DNA from: Bacteroidales bacterium
Lineage (GTDB): Bacteria > Bacteroidota > Bacteroidia > Bacteroidales > VadinHA17
Direction: 5' to 3'
Assembly (NCBI GenBank): GCA_034004335.1
Contig: JAVEWX010000003.1
Coordinates: 1 to 57,629, forward strand
DNA: 57,629 nt
Both the position numbers and the translations under genes were made by a program. Positions 39,001 through 48,100 of the stretch are shown here, one piece after another; the first letter of the stretch is position 1, and each line of letters opens with the position of its first letter. Below the pieces are notes generated by a model, which saw nothing but the letters and a program-made list of their open reading frames with translations, ran no database searches and was not told where the DNA came from.

Positions 39001-39099
39001 GTACTGTCCGTCTGCCGGGTAAACTGATATGATGACCATAAACAGAAGGACGGTGCTGAACCCGGAAATAACCTTTCTGATATTAATTATCCCTTTCAT
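36004..39099 (-). CDS. Multidomain envelope protein: HExxH metalloprotease-like domain, PD40/TolB-like beta-propeller repeats, and a C-terminal beta-barrel-like domain
   Basis: I use the ATG at 39099, giving about 1031 aa and a signal/TM segment. The zinc motif HELVHAF is followed by MVEGMAEYF. At least five PD40-type repeats are present (SHDGKYIIFLSERD, WSPDSRQFAFV, WSPDGKQIVVSA, WSPDGRYIIYVTD, SGDGSSIYFLSDRDG). The C-terminal ~400 aa show alternating beta patterning and end ...FGINLSPGW. Confidence 0.7.
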   Translation of the reverse strand: MKGIINIRKVISGFSTVLLFMVIISVYPADGQYFGRNKPSYRVFDFSVYQTPNFEIYHYLDNDSVLKVLAGRSELWYKHHQALFRDTITDRNPILIYENHAEFQQTTAVSGLIGESTGGVTEALKNRVVMPLFPSLAQTDHIIGHELVHAFQFNMFTKEDSSRLSFSSLRNLPLWMVEGMAEYFSIGSVDPHTSMWMRDAVLSDDIPTLKDMTRSNRYFPYRFGQAVIAMIGKTWGDTILVPLFRETAISGYEKAFSNVLGVDEKNFSALWKKALINNYTPLLTDTADIQTGRKLIFSNNAGKMNLSPVISHDGKYIIFLSERDVYNLDLFLADASTGKIIRKLSNRINRNEIDALSFLESSGTWSPDSRQFAFVVFSEGKNKLVIMDVDRRRSVREVELPGLPAINNPSWSPDGKQIVVSAMRNGISDLFLYEPETGRVQQLTNDSHANLQPSWSPDGRYIIYVTDKAHPGQQVRFRHDFYNIAVIEAGNGSGERLLPLFTGARNMNPLFSGDGSSIYFLSDRDGYRNLYEYDQATGSIYQMTRYMRGITGITYHSPAMSLARQSGDIVYSYYADKRYTIYSAGGEEFSRIEVSADSIDYRAAVLPPMEYLSVNLVDSSLFSTSEVPEIPAEELVPLPYRPKFTLDYLSNSSVGVASGRMGTGMTGSVNAIFSDMTGDNQIFSAISLNGEIYDFGAQIAYINQKRKLKWGASLSHIPNYFGSVTASPDTISYGGEPMIVEKLDLNYIRMFEDKVSLFAFYPISQTRRIELSGEVAGYSYRFDRYSYYYDFLGLPIGSSREKLDAPGGFGLAKVDFAYVLDNSVMGITGPVSGTRYRLEAGKYFGEINFLTTLADYRHYMHLRPLTIAFRSYNYGRWGARTDSEIITPLYLGYPWLIRGYQKVTRNMAGPQNGMTGIGIDNFFGSKLFVANIEMRIPFSGPENISILKSESIFTDINIFLDGGIALDNKMKIADDWINPAPGERVPVFSIGTSFRINLFGYAVLEPYYAFPIMGGSGIGRGSFGINLSPGW

Positions 39100-39415
39100 A
39101 ATCTCCTCCTTTCTTCTTTTCAATTGTGACCAGGGAATCCCGAAACTAAGTTCCTGATTTCCTGAATAGTCACACATCTGTCATATTATCAGATCGTTGA
39201 CTACTGATCCATTACAAAAAAAATGCCAAACAGGGAGCCTTACGACTGGTTACGGAGGCCATTGACAAGTTCCGCCGCCGTACAGAAAGAAGAGTTTTTA
39301 TACTGCAATAAATTTTCATTTAATACTCCGTTCTGCTAACTTTACGGTTCATTGTGGTCAGTTGCTCCCCCCAAAACGTTCCGGCAATTTTGCTTATCAT
39401 ATAAAATATGCTGAT

Positions 39416-42409
39416 ATGAAGAAGTATGTTATCCTGGTTCTGTTACTGGTACTGGTCGTTTCAGGCAGCTGCAGCAACAAGGGCAGGGGTGAAGCCGTTT
39501 TCTCACCTTCCGATATGCCTCCTGCTTCCCGGCTCACCAGTGAAGTAAGAATATTAAATGGCGTCCCGGCCCTCTATGTAAACGACGAACTTACCGGACA
39601 GGTACTTGCTGCACCCTATCGTCCCGATGAATCCTATTTCAGGGATTTCCTTAATGCCGGTGTAAAAATCTTTGATATTTATCTCAGGTTTGACTGGAAA
39701 GGGCCCGAGGAGTATGATTTCTCCCGTATAGACAGGATTATGGATTCCTATCTTGCGATAGCTCCTGACGCGCTTTTCCTGCCACGGATACTCCTGACAC
39801 CCGGCTCATGGTGGTGTGAAATGTTCCCCGATGACATCACAATGCGTGATGACGGCAGTCCGGCCGGTATGTTCGGTTCTCCATGCCATCCATCCCTGGC
39901 TTCGGAAAAATACCGGGAACTATCCCGGAAGGCCATGATAGCCTTCCTCAAACATGTTGAAGGCAAGTATGGTGACAACATCCTGGGTTATCAGCCCGGC
40001 AATGGCTTCGGAGGTGAATGGCTGATGTTCAACTCCTTTTGGGAGGCCAGGCCGGGAAGGCCGGCACCTACAAAATTTGGTGTTGAAGATTATAGTCCGG
40101 TTGCATGCGAGGCTTTCAGGTACTGGCTTAAGAATAAATATGGCAGGGTAGGGGCCTTGAGAAAGGCATGGAATGACCCGGAGGTTAGCTTTGAGACGGC
40201 TGAACCACCGGGGGAGGTTGAAAGGTACAGCTCAACACATGGAATATTCTTTGATCCTGCACAGGGCAGGAGAGTGCCTGACTACTTTTCCTTCTTCAAC
40301 GATATTACTGCCGACGTGCTCCTTGAAAACTGCCGCTGGGTTAAGGAACTGACAGGAGGAAGAAAGATTGTCGGGGTCTTCTACGGGTACCTGTGGTGCA
40401 ATTTTCCCAACCTCAGTGTCAACCATACAGGTCACCTGGGATTGCAGCGCGTCTTCGAATCTGATGACATCGATTTCATTGCCAGCCCATACACCTACGA
40501 CAACAAACAGATAGGCGGTCCAAATAACTCACAGACACTCCCGGAAAATGCACTTATACACGGGAAGCTTTATCTGAACGAAGTGGATACCGAAACACAC
40601 CTTCATCAGAGACAGTGGAGGTGGGGCAACTGCCTGAACAACCCCACCAGCTGGGAGGAGACCAGGGGATTACTGATAAGGGACTATGGTTATTCGATGA
40701 CCAAGGGTTTCGGGTTGTGGTGGACAGACCTTCATGGCGGCAATTTCCAGGATGAGCAGATCATAGAACTGCTGGCCAAGCTGAAAACCATGGATGATAA
40801 TTACCTCAATGCCGACAAAACCTCCAATGCCGACATAGCGGTAATACTCGATGAAGAGACATTCAAGTACTTTGGTGACGGGGAACCACTCTTCAACGCA
40901 CTTCTCACGGCACAAAAGCAGTGGCAGCTGGGATTTATAGGTGCCCCCTGGGAGCCATACCTGCTGACCGATGTAGGCAATCCGGCCATGAGAGATTTCA
41001 AGGTGTATCTCTTTCTCAATACCTTCCATGTTACACCTGAACAGCAGAAGCAGATACACCGCAAGCTGGCCAGGAACGGAGCCACTGCTGTATGGGTATA
41101 TGCCCCGGGCTATATACAGGAGAAGGGACTCTCTGTCGAAAGAATGTCTGAACTTACGGGTATTTACATCGCTGAGGATAATTCCACCGGTGAACTCCGT
41201 GTGGAGATCTCTGATTATGACCATCCCTACACAAGAAGACTTGGTGAGGGATTTGTATACGGAACGGATGTGGATGTGGAGAGTATCATCAGGTACTATG
41301 ATCACCAGATCTACCTGAAAGACCCACGCGACCCATCACTGGTACGTGACCTTCCGGGTTTCAGCATTTCCCCAAGGTTTTACTCAGAAGACCCTGATGC
41401 GACCATTCTCGGTACTCTTGGCGGGGTGAACAAGCCGGGACTGGTTGTAAAGAAGCAACCTGACGGATGGACATCGGTATATTCGGCAGCACCAATATTA
41501 CCGGCAGCCCTGCTGCGGAACATCATAACTGAAGCGGGGGGGCACATATATACCACTCAGAATGACGTGGTTTATGCCAATAAAAGCGCTCTTTGCATCT
41601 ACTCTCCTTCCGGGGGTATGAGAACTGTCAGGCTTCCGGGTAAGATGAAGGTCACAGATCTGATGACCGGCAAAGTGCTTGCTGACGGAGCCAGCGAATT
41701 CCTTATCAATCTTCAAAGGAATGAGTCAGTATTGTACTCCCTTGAGGCTCCCTCAACGGAAACTCCGGGTGATGTTTTTCTCAGTCTCTGGTCCGATGGC
41801 GAAACTACCCTCACGGCAGATCCCTCAACGGCATTCTGGTCTGTTGCCCAGCCTGTCAGAATAGACAGGAATATACTCGGGGGACCGGAACCGGAGCTTG
41901 CCTCAGAGGCCAGATCGCGATGGACAAAGGATAACCTGTATTTTCTTTTCTCGGGTCCCTTTGAAAGCCAGGTTCTGAAACCCGACCCTGACACGGTAAA
42001 CGAAACATACCGCCTGTGGGAATGGGACGACTTTGAACTTTACATCGGTTCCAGGTTTGACAGCATAAACCTTTACCAGGAGTTTGAGGTATCGCCACAG
42101 GGGGAGTTCCTCGACCTGAATATCAATTCAGACATTCCCAGGGCAGGTCATAATGACGAAAGATACTGGGATTCCGGTTTTACGGTCAGGGCTCGTGTCG
42201 ACAGGGAGAATATGATGTGGTATGCTGAGTTGTGTATCCCCATCTCTGCAATCGACAAGAGAGAACCGGTGGAAGGCAATGAGTACAGGGTGAATATTTA
42301 CAGGTTGCAGGGGCCGCAGTCGGACCGCGACTTTCTGGCGTGGAGACCCACGGGGGTATGGAACCCCCATCACCCCGAAGTATTCGGTATCATGAAGCTT
42401 GCCAGATAA
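39416..42409 (+). CDS. Lipoprotein, putative glycoside hydrolase (GH42-like TIM barrel) with C-terminal CBM9/DOMON-like domain
   Basis: I use the ATG at 39416, which gives lipobox VVSGSC. The N-terminal ~650 aa resemble beta-galactosidase-like TIM-barrel plus trimerisation-type domains. The C-terminal ~200 aa carry YQEFEVSPQGEFLDLNIN and YRVNIYR, typical of CBM9-like modules. The family assignment is tentative. Confidence 0.5.
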   Translation: MKKYVILVLLLVLVVSGSCSNKGRGEAVFSPSDMPPASRLTSEVRILNGVPALYVNDELTGQVLAAPYRPDESYFRDFLNAGVKIFDIYLRFDWKGPEEYDFSRIDRIMDSYLAIAPDALFLPRILLTPGSWWCEMFPDDITMRDDGSPAGMFGSPCHPSLASEKYRELSRKAMIAFLKHVEGKYGDNILGYQPGNGFGGEWLMFNSFWEARPGRPAPTKFGVEDYSPVACEAFRYWLKNKYGRVGALRKAWNDPEVSFETAEPPGEVERYSSTHGIFFDPAQGRRVPDYFSFFNDITADVLLENCRWVKELTGGRKIVGVFYGYLWCNFPNLSVNHTGHLGLQRVFESDDIDFIASPYTYDNKQIGGPNNSQTLPENALIHGKLYLNEVDTETHLHQRQWRWGNCLNNPTSWEETRGLLIRDYGYSMTKGFGLWWTDLHGGNFQDEQIIELLAKLKTMDDNYLNADKTSNADIAVILDEETFKYFGDGEPLFNALLTAQKQWQLGFIGAPWEPYLLTDVGNPAMRDFKVYLFLNTFHVTPEQQKQIHRKLARNGATAVWVYAPGYIQEKGLSVERMSELTGIYIAEDNSTGELRVEISDYDHPYTRRLGEGFVYGTDVDVESIIRYYDHQIYLKDPRDPSLVRDLPGFSISPRFYSEDPDATILGTLGGVNKPGLVVKKQPDGWTSVYSAAPILPAALLRNIITEAGGHIYTTQNDVVYANKSALCIYSPSGGMRTVRLPGKMKVTDLMTGKVLADGASEFLINLQRNESVLYSLEAPSTETPGDVFLSLWSDGETTLTADPSTAFWSVAQPVRIDRNILGGPEPELASEARSRWTKDNLYFLFSGPFESQVLKPDPDTVNETYRLWEWDDFELYIGSRFDSINLYQEFEVSPQGEFLDLNINSDIPRAGHNDERYWDSGFTVRARVDRENMMWYAELCIPISAIDKREPVEGNEYRVNIYRLQGPQSDRDFLAWRPTGVWNPHHPEVFGIMKLAR

Positions 42410-42414
42410 CAGAA

Positions 42415-42449
42415 GAGCCCCGCCATCGCAGGGCTCACTGTTTTATTTT
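42415..42449 (+). terminator. Stem-loop after the GH42-like gene
   Basis: Stem gagccc (42415-42420) pairs with gggctc (42431-42436) around a 10-nt loop, followed by actgttttatttt. It overlaps the stop of the convergent GH127 gene. Confidence 0.4.
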
Positions 42450-44869
42450 GACACCCTCCATTCGATTATCCCGGTTTCGTACCAGGTCACATCGCCGGGC
42501 ATGTAGTTGCCGTCAGGGGGACCAAGCTCTCCCTTCCTGAAAAGCTGTCCGCGCAGCTTTATCTCAAGCCTGAGGCCATCTGTCGTTACAGGCTCAAAGG
42601 CGAGAGTGTTGAATCGGTCCCTGTCAACCGTGTAGTCAGTCAGATTTTTCACAGGTACCCATTTGTTGCCGGAGCGGTATAGCAATTGCCACGATTCGGG
42701 TGAGAGACAGTATTGCTTGTCATTCTTCCAGTACACATCGACAGAACTAACAGTTGCCTTTTCATTGAAGTCATACTGAACCCATGCCCTGTCCCCCGAC
42801 TGCGGCCTGAGGGCAAGGTAGGTTGAAGAACCATCGAATGAGTTGACGGGCTCAACCTGGTCATACAGGGCAGCGAACCCGGCACTTCCCGATTGAGCGC
42901 TCGGATAGAAGCGTGCTGCAACAGATGGTACCTTTCCGCCGGGGTAGTTGTCAGACAGGCTTCCGCTGCCACACGATGACGAGATCCTGCTGGTGGAAGC
43001 GATGGTGGGTGCAGGGGGCAGCAGCACTCCCGATTCGTTGCGGGGCAGCCATACACTCATATCGCTGTTACCGCGGTTGGCCCAGGCGTAATAGGGTATG
43101 GCTACAAAGTCAGCCTCACCGGTTATGGTGCTGGTCTTGCCCTCACCCCTGGCAACCCTTTTGACCTTTCCTTCAACGGCCACAACGCCATCGAGTATGT
43201 CTTCACGGAAAACGTCATTGAATGAGGCATCATCGGGGAGATATATATTCATTACGCTACCCCCGTTATCGACTCCCTCGGCACAATATACAAGCGGTCC
43301 CCTCCGGAGGGCGATCATGCCTGCATTGTCTGCGACCTTCTCATGCGAGATGACCCTCCTTACATCGAGGGGCAGTTCCAGTTCTATGACGTCACCCCTC
43401 TTCCATGTCCGGTTAATTGACACATATCCGTTAACCGGCTCAGCATCAATTAACTTTCCATTTACCATAAGGTTTGTGGTTCCGGCCTGATTATCAAGAT
43501 ATTGGTAGAGACCGCCGGGCATAGGGCTGGTTCCTGCCCATCCCGGTATCCTGACGTGAACCGTAAACCTGGCACTTTGTTCGGGGGTTACGGTTAACTT
43601 GATGTCGCCTTCCCATGGATAGCGGGTTTCCTGTTTTACCGAAACGGCACTGTTGCCGATTTCAGTATTGAGGGTGCTTCCAATGAACAGGTTGACGTAG
43701 AGGTTGTCATCACTCTTTGCATAGATGTACCTGCCAAGGGAGGCTATGAGCCTGACAACGTTTGGCGGGCAGCAGTTAGGGCCAAACCATGGTTGCCGCT
43801 CGAAGCCGCCGAAGGTCTTCAGTGGATTCTGGTAGAAATATTTTGAACCGTCGAGTGAAACACCCGACAGGAAGCCGTTATATAGAACATTTTCAAGCAT
43901 GTCGATGTATTTGGCATCGCGGTGCAGTGAAAACATTCTGTAGTTCCAGAAGACGTTCCCGATGGAGGCGCAGGTTTCATTCCAGCAACTGAGGTTGGGA
44001 AGTTCATATTGTTCACCATAATCTTCATGGTCGCGGTATGTGCCTATGCTGCCAGTGATGTATGTCTTCAGTGCAGCGTCATTCCATAATCTGTCAGCAG
44101 CTGAAATATAGGATGGGTCATTTGTGATGGCAGCCAGTTCGGCAAGAGGTGTATAAAGGTAGGTAGCCCTCACCGTATGGCCTACTGCCTCCTCCTGTTC
44201 GACTACCGGCTTGTGATCCTGTGCATATTCACCATACAGTTCCCTGCCATTGCCCTGTCGGCCACGCTCATCGAGGAAGAACCTGGCGAGATTGAGATAC
44301 TTTTCATCGCCGGTGGCATGGTAAAGCTTCAGGAGACCTATTTTGACCTCTTCATGCTGTGAGACATCAAGTCTCTTGCCCTGTCCAAAATGGTCATCGA
44401 TGTCATCAGCTACCCTTATGGCTGCATCCAGGACCTTCTGGTTCCCGGTAGCCTCGTGGTAAGCCACGGCAGCCTCCATTAAGTGACCGGCAGAATACAT
44501 CTCCCCATTCAGCAGGTTTTTCCATTCACGCGGTTTGCCCCCCGGGAGCACACGCGCAATGAGCTTTTCTATGTCTTCATCCATCCTTGCCCTGAGGGCA
44601 GGATCGTCATATGTCTGAAGGAGATAACCGACCGCTTCTGCCAGTTTCGGATCGGGAGCCCTCTCGTTGCTCTCGTAGACATTGAGCATCTCCATTACCG
44701 AGATCATGTAATTGTTGTCAATCCTTGGTGTCCAGAAACTGTCGTCGATGGTCACCGATGATAGTGGCATCTCATTGACCGGCTTAACCGGGTTTTCAGT
44801 TTTATTGCCGGTGGTGCAGGCTGTAGCAATCAGTGCGATTGCAAAGGATAGTGAAAGGATTCGTTTCAT
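42443..44869 (-). CDS. Glycoside hydrolase family 127 (beta-L-arabinofuranosidase-like, DUF1680) with C-terminal F5/8 type C (discoidin) domain; lipoprotein
   Basis: I use the ATG at 44869, which gives lipobox IATACT. GH127-type motifs are present: GHTVRATYLY, and QPWFGPNCCPPN with the Cys-rich catalytic/zinc region. The C-terminal ~150 aa look like a jelly-roll domain. Confidence 0.8.
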   Translation of the reverse strand: MKRILSLSFAIALIATACTTGNKTENPVKPVNEMPLSSVTIDDSFWTPRIDNNYMISVMEMLNVYESNERAPDPKLAEAVGYLLQTYDDPALRARMDEDIEKLIARVLPGGKPREWKNLLNGEMYSAGHLMEAAVAYHEATGNQKVLDAAIRVADDIDDHFGQGKRLDVSQHEEVKIGLLKLYHATGDEKYLNLARFFLDERGRQGNGRELYGEYAQDHKPVVEQEEAVGHTVRATYLYTPLAELAAITNDPSYISAADRLWNDAALKTYITGSIGTYRDHEDYGEQYELPNLSCWNETCASIGNVFWNYRMFSLHRDAKYIDMLENVLYNGFLSGVSLDGSKYFYQNPLKTFGGFERQPWFGPNCCPPNVVRLIASLGRYIYAKSDDNLYVNLFIGSTLNTEIGNSAVSVKQETRYPWEGDIKLTVTPEQSARFTVHVRIPGWAGTSPMPGGLYQYLDNQAGTTNLMVNGKLIDAEPVNGYVSINRTWKRGDVIELELPLDVRRVISHEKVADNAGMIALRRGPLVYCAEGVDNGGSVMNIYLPDDASFNDVFREDILDGVVAVEGKVKRVARGEGKTSTITGEADFVAIPYYAWANRGNSDMSVWLPRNESGVLLPPAPTIASTSRISSSCGSGSLSDNYPGGKVPSVAARFYPSAQSGSAGFAALYDQVEPVNSFDGSSTYLALRPQSGDRAWVQYDFNEKATVSSVDVYWKNDKQYCLSPESWQLLYRSGNKWVPVKNLTDYTVDRDRFNTLAFEPVTTDGLRLEIKLRGQLFRKGELGPPDGNYMPGDVTWYETGIIEWRVSK

Positions 44870-44878
44870 AACAAATAA

Positions 44879-44913
44879 TTCAAGATTCAAGATTCAAGAT
44901 TCAAAATTCAAAA
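44879..44913. repeat. Heptamer tandem repeat (TTCAAGA x3, TTCAAAA x2)
   Basis: Read directly: units start at 44879, 44886, 44893, 44900 and 44907. A related array TTCAAATA x2 lies at 45087-45102, on the other side of a GC-rich block. Confidence 0.85.
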
Positions 44914-44981
44914 TTTACCTTCGACTACGCGTTGCTCCCATTCGGTCGCGAGCTCGCTACGCTCGGTTCGGCGAGCTCGCC

Positions 44982-45064
44982 TGCGGCTCGGTTCTCCGTT
45001 CGGTCGTGAACTCGTCACTTTGCGCCTCGGTTTGCGGCTCGGTTCTCCGTTCGGTCGTGAACTC
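44982..45064. repeat. 32-bp direct repeat x2 (51-bp period) inside a GC-rich intergenic block
   Basis: tgcggctcggttctccgttcggtcgtgaactc occurs at 44982-45013 and again at 45033-45064. The palindromes gcgagctcgc and ggcgagctcgcc lie just upstream, at about 44948-44981. Confidence 0.85.
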
Positions 45065-45133
45065 AACCGGCTCTCGCCGGTCTCGGTTCAAATATTCAAA
45101 TATCGACTGATTGCCGCTGCAATCGGTAATAGT

Positions 45134-48100
45134 CTATTTTTTTATTACTCTTCTCTGGTTAGCATTCAGGGTATCCGGCTTTACTGTATCCTGCACTGGT
45201 TCGCAGGGGCTCTTGGGTCTGTTATTGCCTGATCCGAATACCGGTTCCTTGTCGGCATTGATGCATACCGACCATTGCCCTAATGATCCCTGATTCTTTG
45301 TGCTGATGGTAACAGTCATATTTCCGGTGAAAAGGTAGTACTGTCCCGGCCTCAGGGAGTAGGGCTTGCCTTTGACCATTGCGTCGCCTCCCCCGGCAAT
45401 AGGCATGAAGAAGAGGCTGCTGGCGGGACCGGAGTAGCTGAAGGAGGTTCTCGACAGGCTGTCCCGGTTGAAGGTACCTGACGGTGTGATTAGACAGAAC
45501 TGCCATGCAGCATTTCCCGGGTTAATCCTTGGGCCACAGGGTTTCTCCTCCCTTATTACAACAGTATCAGGTTTCGAATCGATACCACACTCATTCCTGG
45601 CTGTAACCAGTATGTTGTTGAGTCCCGGTACCAGCTTCAGTGCTGCTACCACCTCACCGTTTGAGGTTGTGAATCTGAAACTGGTGTCATCCTTCCCGTT
45701 GACTTTCAGGGTTATGTTGTTCCTGGCAGAGACATTGGTAACAGTGCCCCTGAGTTCATGGGTGGCATCGGCCCGTTCAACGGAACTTATCCGGTAGCTG
45801 ATTACCGGCGGAACACAGGGCTGCTCAACGGCGACGGACAGGGTCCTGGTATCAGTGCCGCATTCGTTCTCCACGGTTACTACAATATTGTACGACCCGG
45901 GACTGAACCTGTAAACCGAGGTTATGGCGCCTGTGCCCTGGTCAAAGGTGAATCCCTGGTCGGCATTACCGTTAACGGTGATGGTTATGTCACTCCTGCC
46001 TCTTGCATTGGTGACCCTGCCTTTGAGTTCATGCGTGGCATCTGTCCTGTTGACGGCATTTACCGAACAGTCAATTACCGGCGGAACACAGGGCTGCTCA
46101 ACGGCGACGGACAGGGTCCTGGTATCAGTGCCGCATTCGTTCTTCACGGTTACTACAATATTGTACGACCCGGGACTGAACCTGTAAACCGAGGTTATGG
46201 CGCCTGTGCCCTGGTCAAAGGTGAATCCCTGGTCGGCATTACCGTTAACGGTGATGGTTATGTCACTCCTGCCTCTTGCGTTGGTGACCCTGCCTCTGAG
46301 TTCATGCGTGGCATCCTCGCGGTCGACGGCTGATATACTGGCAGTTACGGTGGGGGCGGGACATGGTTTGTCATCAATAACCGGAGGTGTGTATGTTACA
46401 GTCGCCCTGGCACGCTGTGCCCCGCACTCGTTTGTGGCGGCAATAGTCAGGATGTTGGCTCCGGCCGCCAGCGAAGCTTCAACCACTATTGCGGTTCCGG
46501 TGAAATTGAAGTCGGTGATGGCTTTGCCGTTAAGAGTAACCTCCAGCTGGTTTCCGGAAGTAATGTTGCCTGCCTCTGCCCTGAAAGTATAGGTTGCCAC
46601 TACTGTGCTTACGTTGCTGCCGGCGGGATCCGTTATCCTGAGCACCGGCACGGGACATGGCCTTGTCTCTTTTATTATTGCCTGTGAACCGGAAGCCTGT
46701 CCGGCCAGGTTCCGGGCATTTATGGTAATAATATTTTCTCCTTCATTAAGGTTAATTGTGGCGATTACCGTTCCGGAGGGCTGATCGTACCGGAAATTGT
46801 CGCTGGTCCTTCCATTGAGGATGAATGTGATATTTTCCTTCCCTGTAACATTGGAGACGGCTGCCCTTATTTCCGTATTACTCTCGTAGGTTTTGTACGG
46901 ACTCACGGCAGGAAGAGTGAAGCTGACCACCGGGGGCACTGGTTTTGCCGGCCGGGTGTAGGTGATGGTGGTGCTTTCCGTTGCCGTACCGGCTTCATTC
47001 CTTCCGCTTATTTCTACTGTGTTCGGCCCTTCGGTAAGACCGATATTCATTGAAATAATTCCATCCTCCGTGAAAGAGAAATTGCTGGTACCGGTACCGT
47101 TGATCTTAAGGGTTATATCATTCCACGAACCGACGTTCAGTGTTCGGGCGCTTATCCTGAAGGTGTTGTCCTGTACCGTTACCGGTGATGGAGGATTGAT
47201 GAACCTGATTTCGGGAAGAGGCGGTCTGATGGGCCTGACATAATTGATTGTGGCATTGCCTGTTGCCCTGCCGGCCTCATTTGATCCTGTGATTATCAGG
47301 CTGTTGCTGCCTTCCCTCAGGTTAAGGGTGCTCCTCAGTATTCCCGTTGCCTGGTTATATTCAAATTCCGTGGCTGTTCCGTTAAGCTGAACCCTGATAT
47401 TCTGTCTCGAGCGCACATTCCTGACCTGCGCTGTGATCTCCACTGACTCGCTTCTGCTGGCATAAGGACTCTGTGACGGAGTGACAATTTCTACAACAGG
47501 AGGCGGTACCGTAACAACAGGCCTCGGTTCCTGGACCGGAGTAACATTGGTGACAGGCTGTGAGGGACGGGTATATATCCTGTCCGTAAACCTTCTTCCT
47601 GTGCCTCCGCCGCCCAGGTTCCATCTGAGGCCCAGGGTGGTATAGTGATTCCTGTCCTTCCGGGTTTCGGGCATGACACGGTTGTCGATGTTTATGCCTG
47701 AAAAGCTGTTGTGTTCGGTAAGAGAGAATATTGTCTTGTGTTCTATACCCAGTGAGAAACTACGCGAGAACTGATAACCCAGATAGAACCCTGCGGTTGG
47801 CATCAGCGCCGCCCTGTTACCAAGCCGGGTTTCATACTCTCTGTCCGACAGTTCGAGAAGATCGGCATATACTTTTGCCCGTATCTGGGACGGATCAATG
47901 ACACTGTAATCGTACAGAAGGCCGTTCTCATCATACAGATCGGTGAAGGTTCGTCCGTGCGTAATTCCCGCACCGGCGAATCCCGACAGGACTATCCTGG
48001 TGCGTTCACGCAGGCGGTTGAGGGTCAGCCCTATTTCGAAATCATAACTGAAATAGTCGTAACGAATATTGCTGAATGTATTGTCGGGATTGATCCTGTG

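Noticed and set aside
44982-45064. Possible CRISPR array, considered for the 32-bp repeat with 51-bp period here and for the 180-bp repeats at 57140-57485.
   Set aside because: There are only two copies in each case. The first has a 19-bp 'spacer' and the second has essentially none. No cas genes and no leader are present, so the geometry does not fit a CRISPR array.
44712-45110. A 132-aa plus-strand ORF running from inside the GH127 gene through the intergenic repeat block.
   Set aside because: Its translation (..SRFKIQDSKFKI..GSVLRSVVNS..GSVLRSVVNS..) simply reads through the heptamer and 32-bp DNA repeats. There is no start context, and it overlaps the 5' end of a real gene on the other strand.
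45758-46592. Plus-strand ORFs (191, 87 and 131 aa) with duplicated peptide segments, antisense to the barrel-Ig gene.
   Set aside because: They mirror the 273-bp duplication in the minus-strand gene, whose reading frame gives coherent Ig-like repeats. These are antisense shadows.
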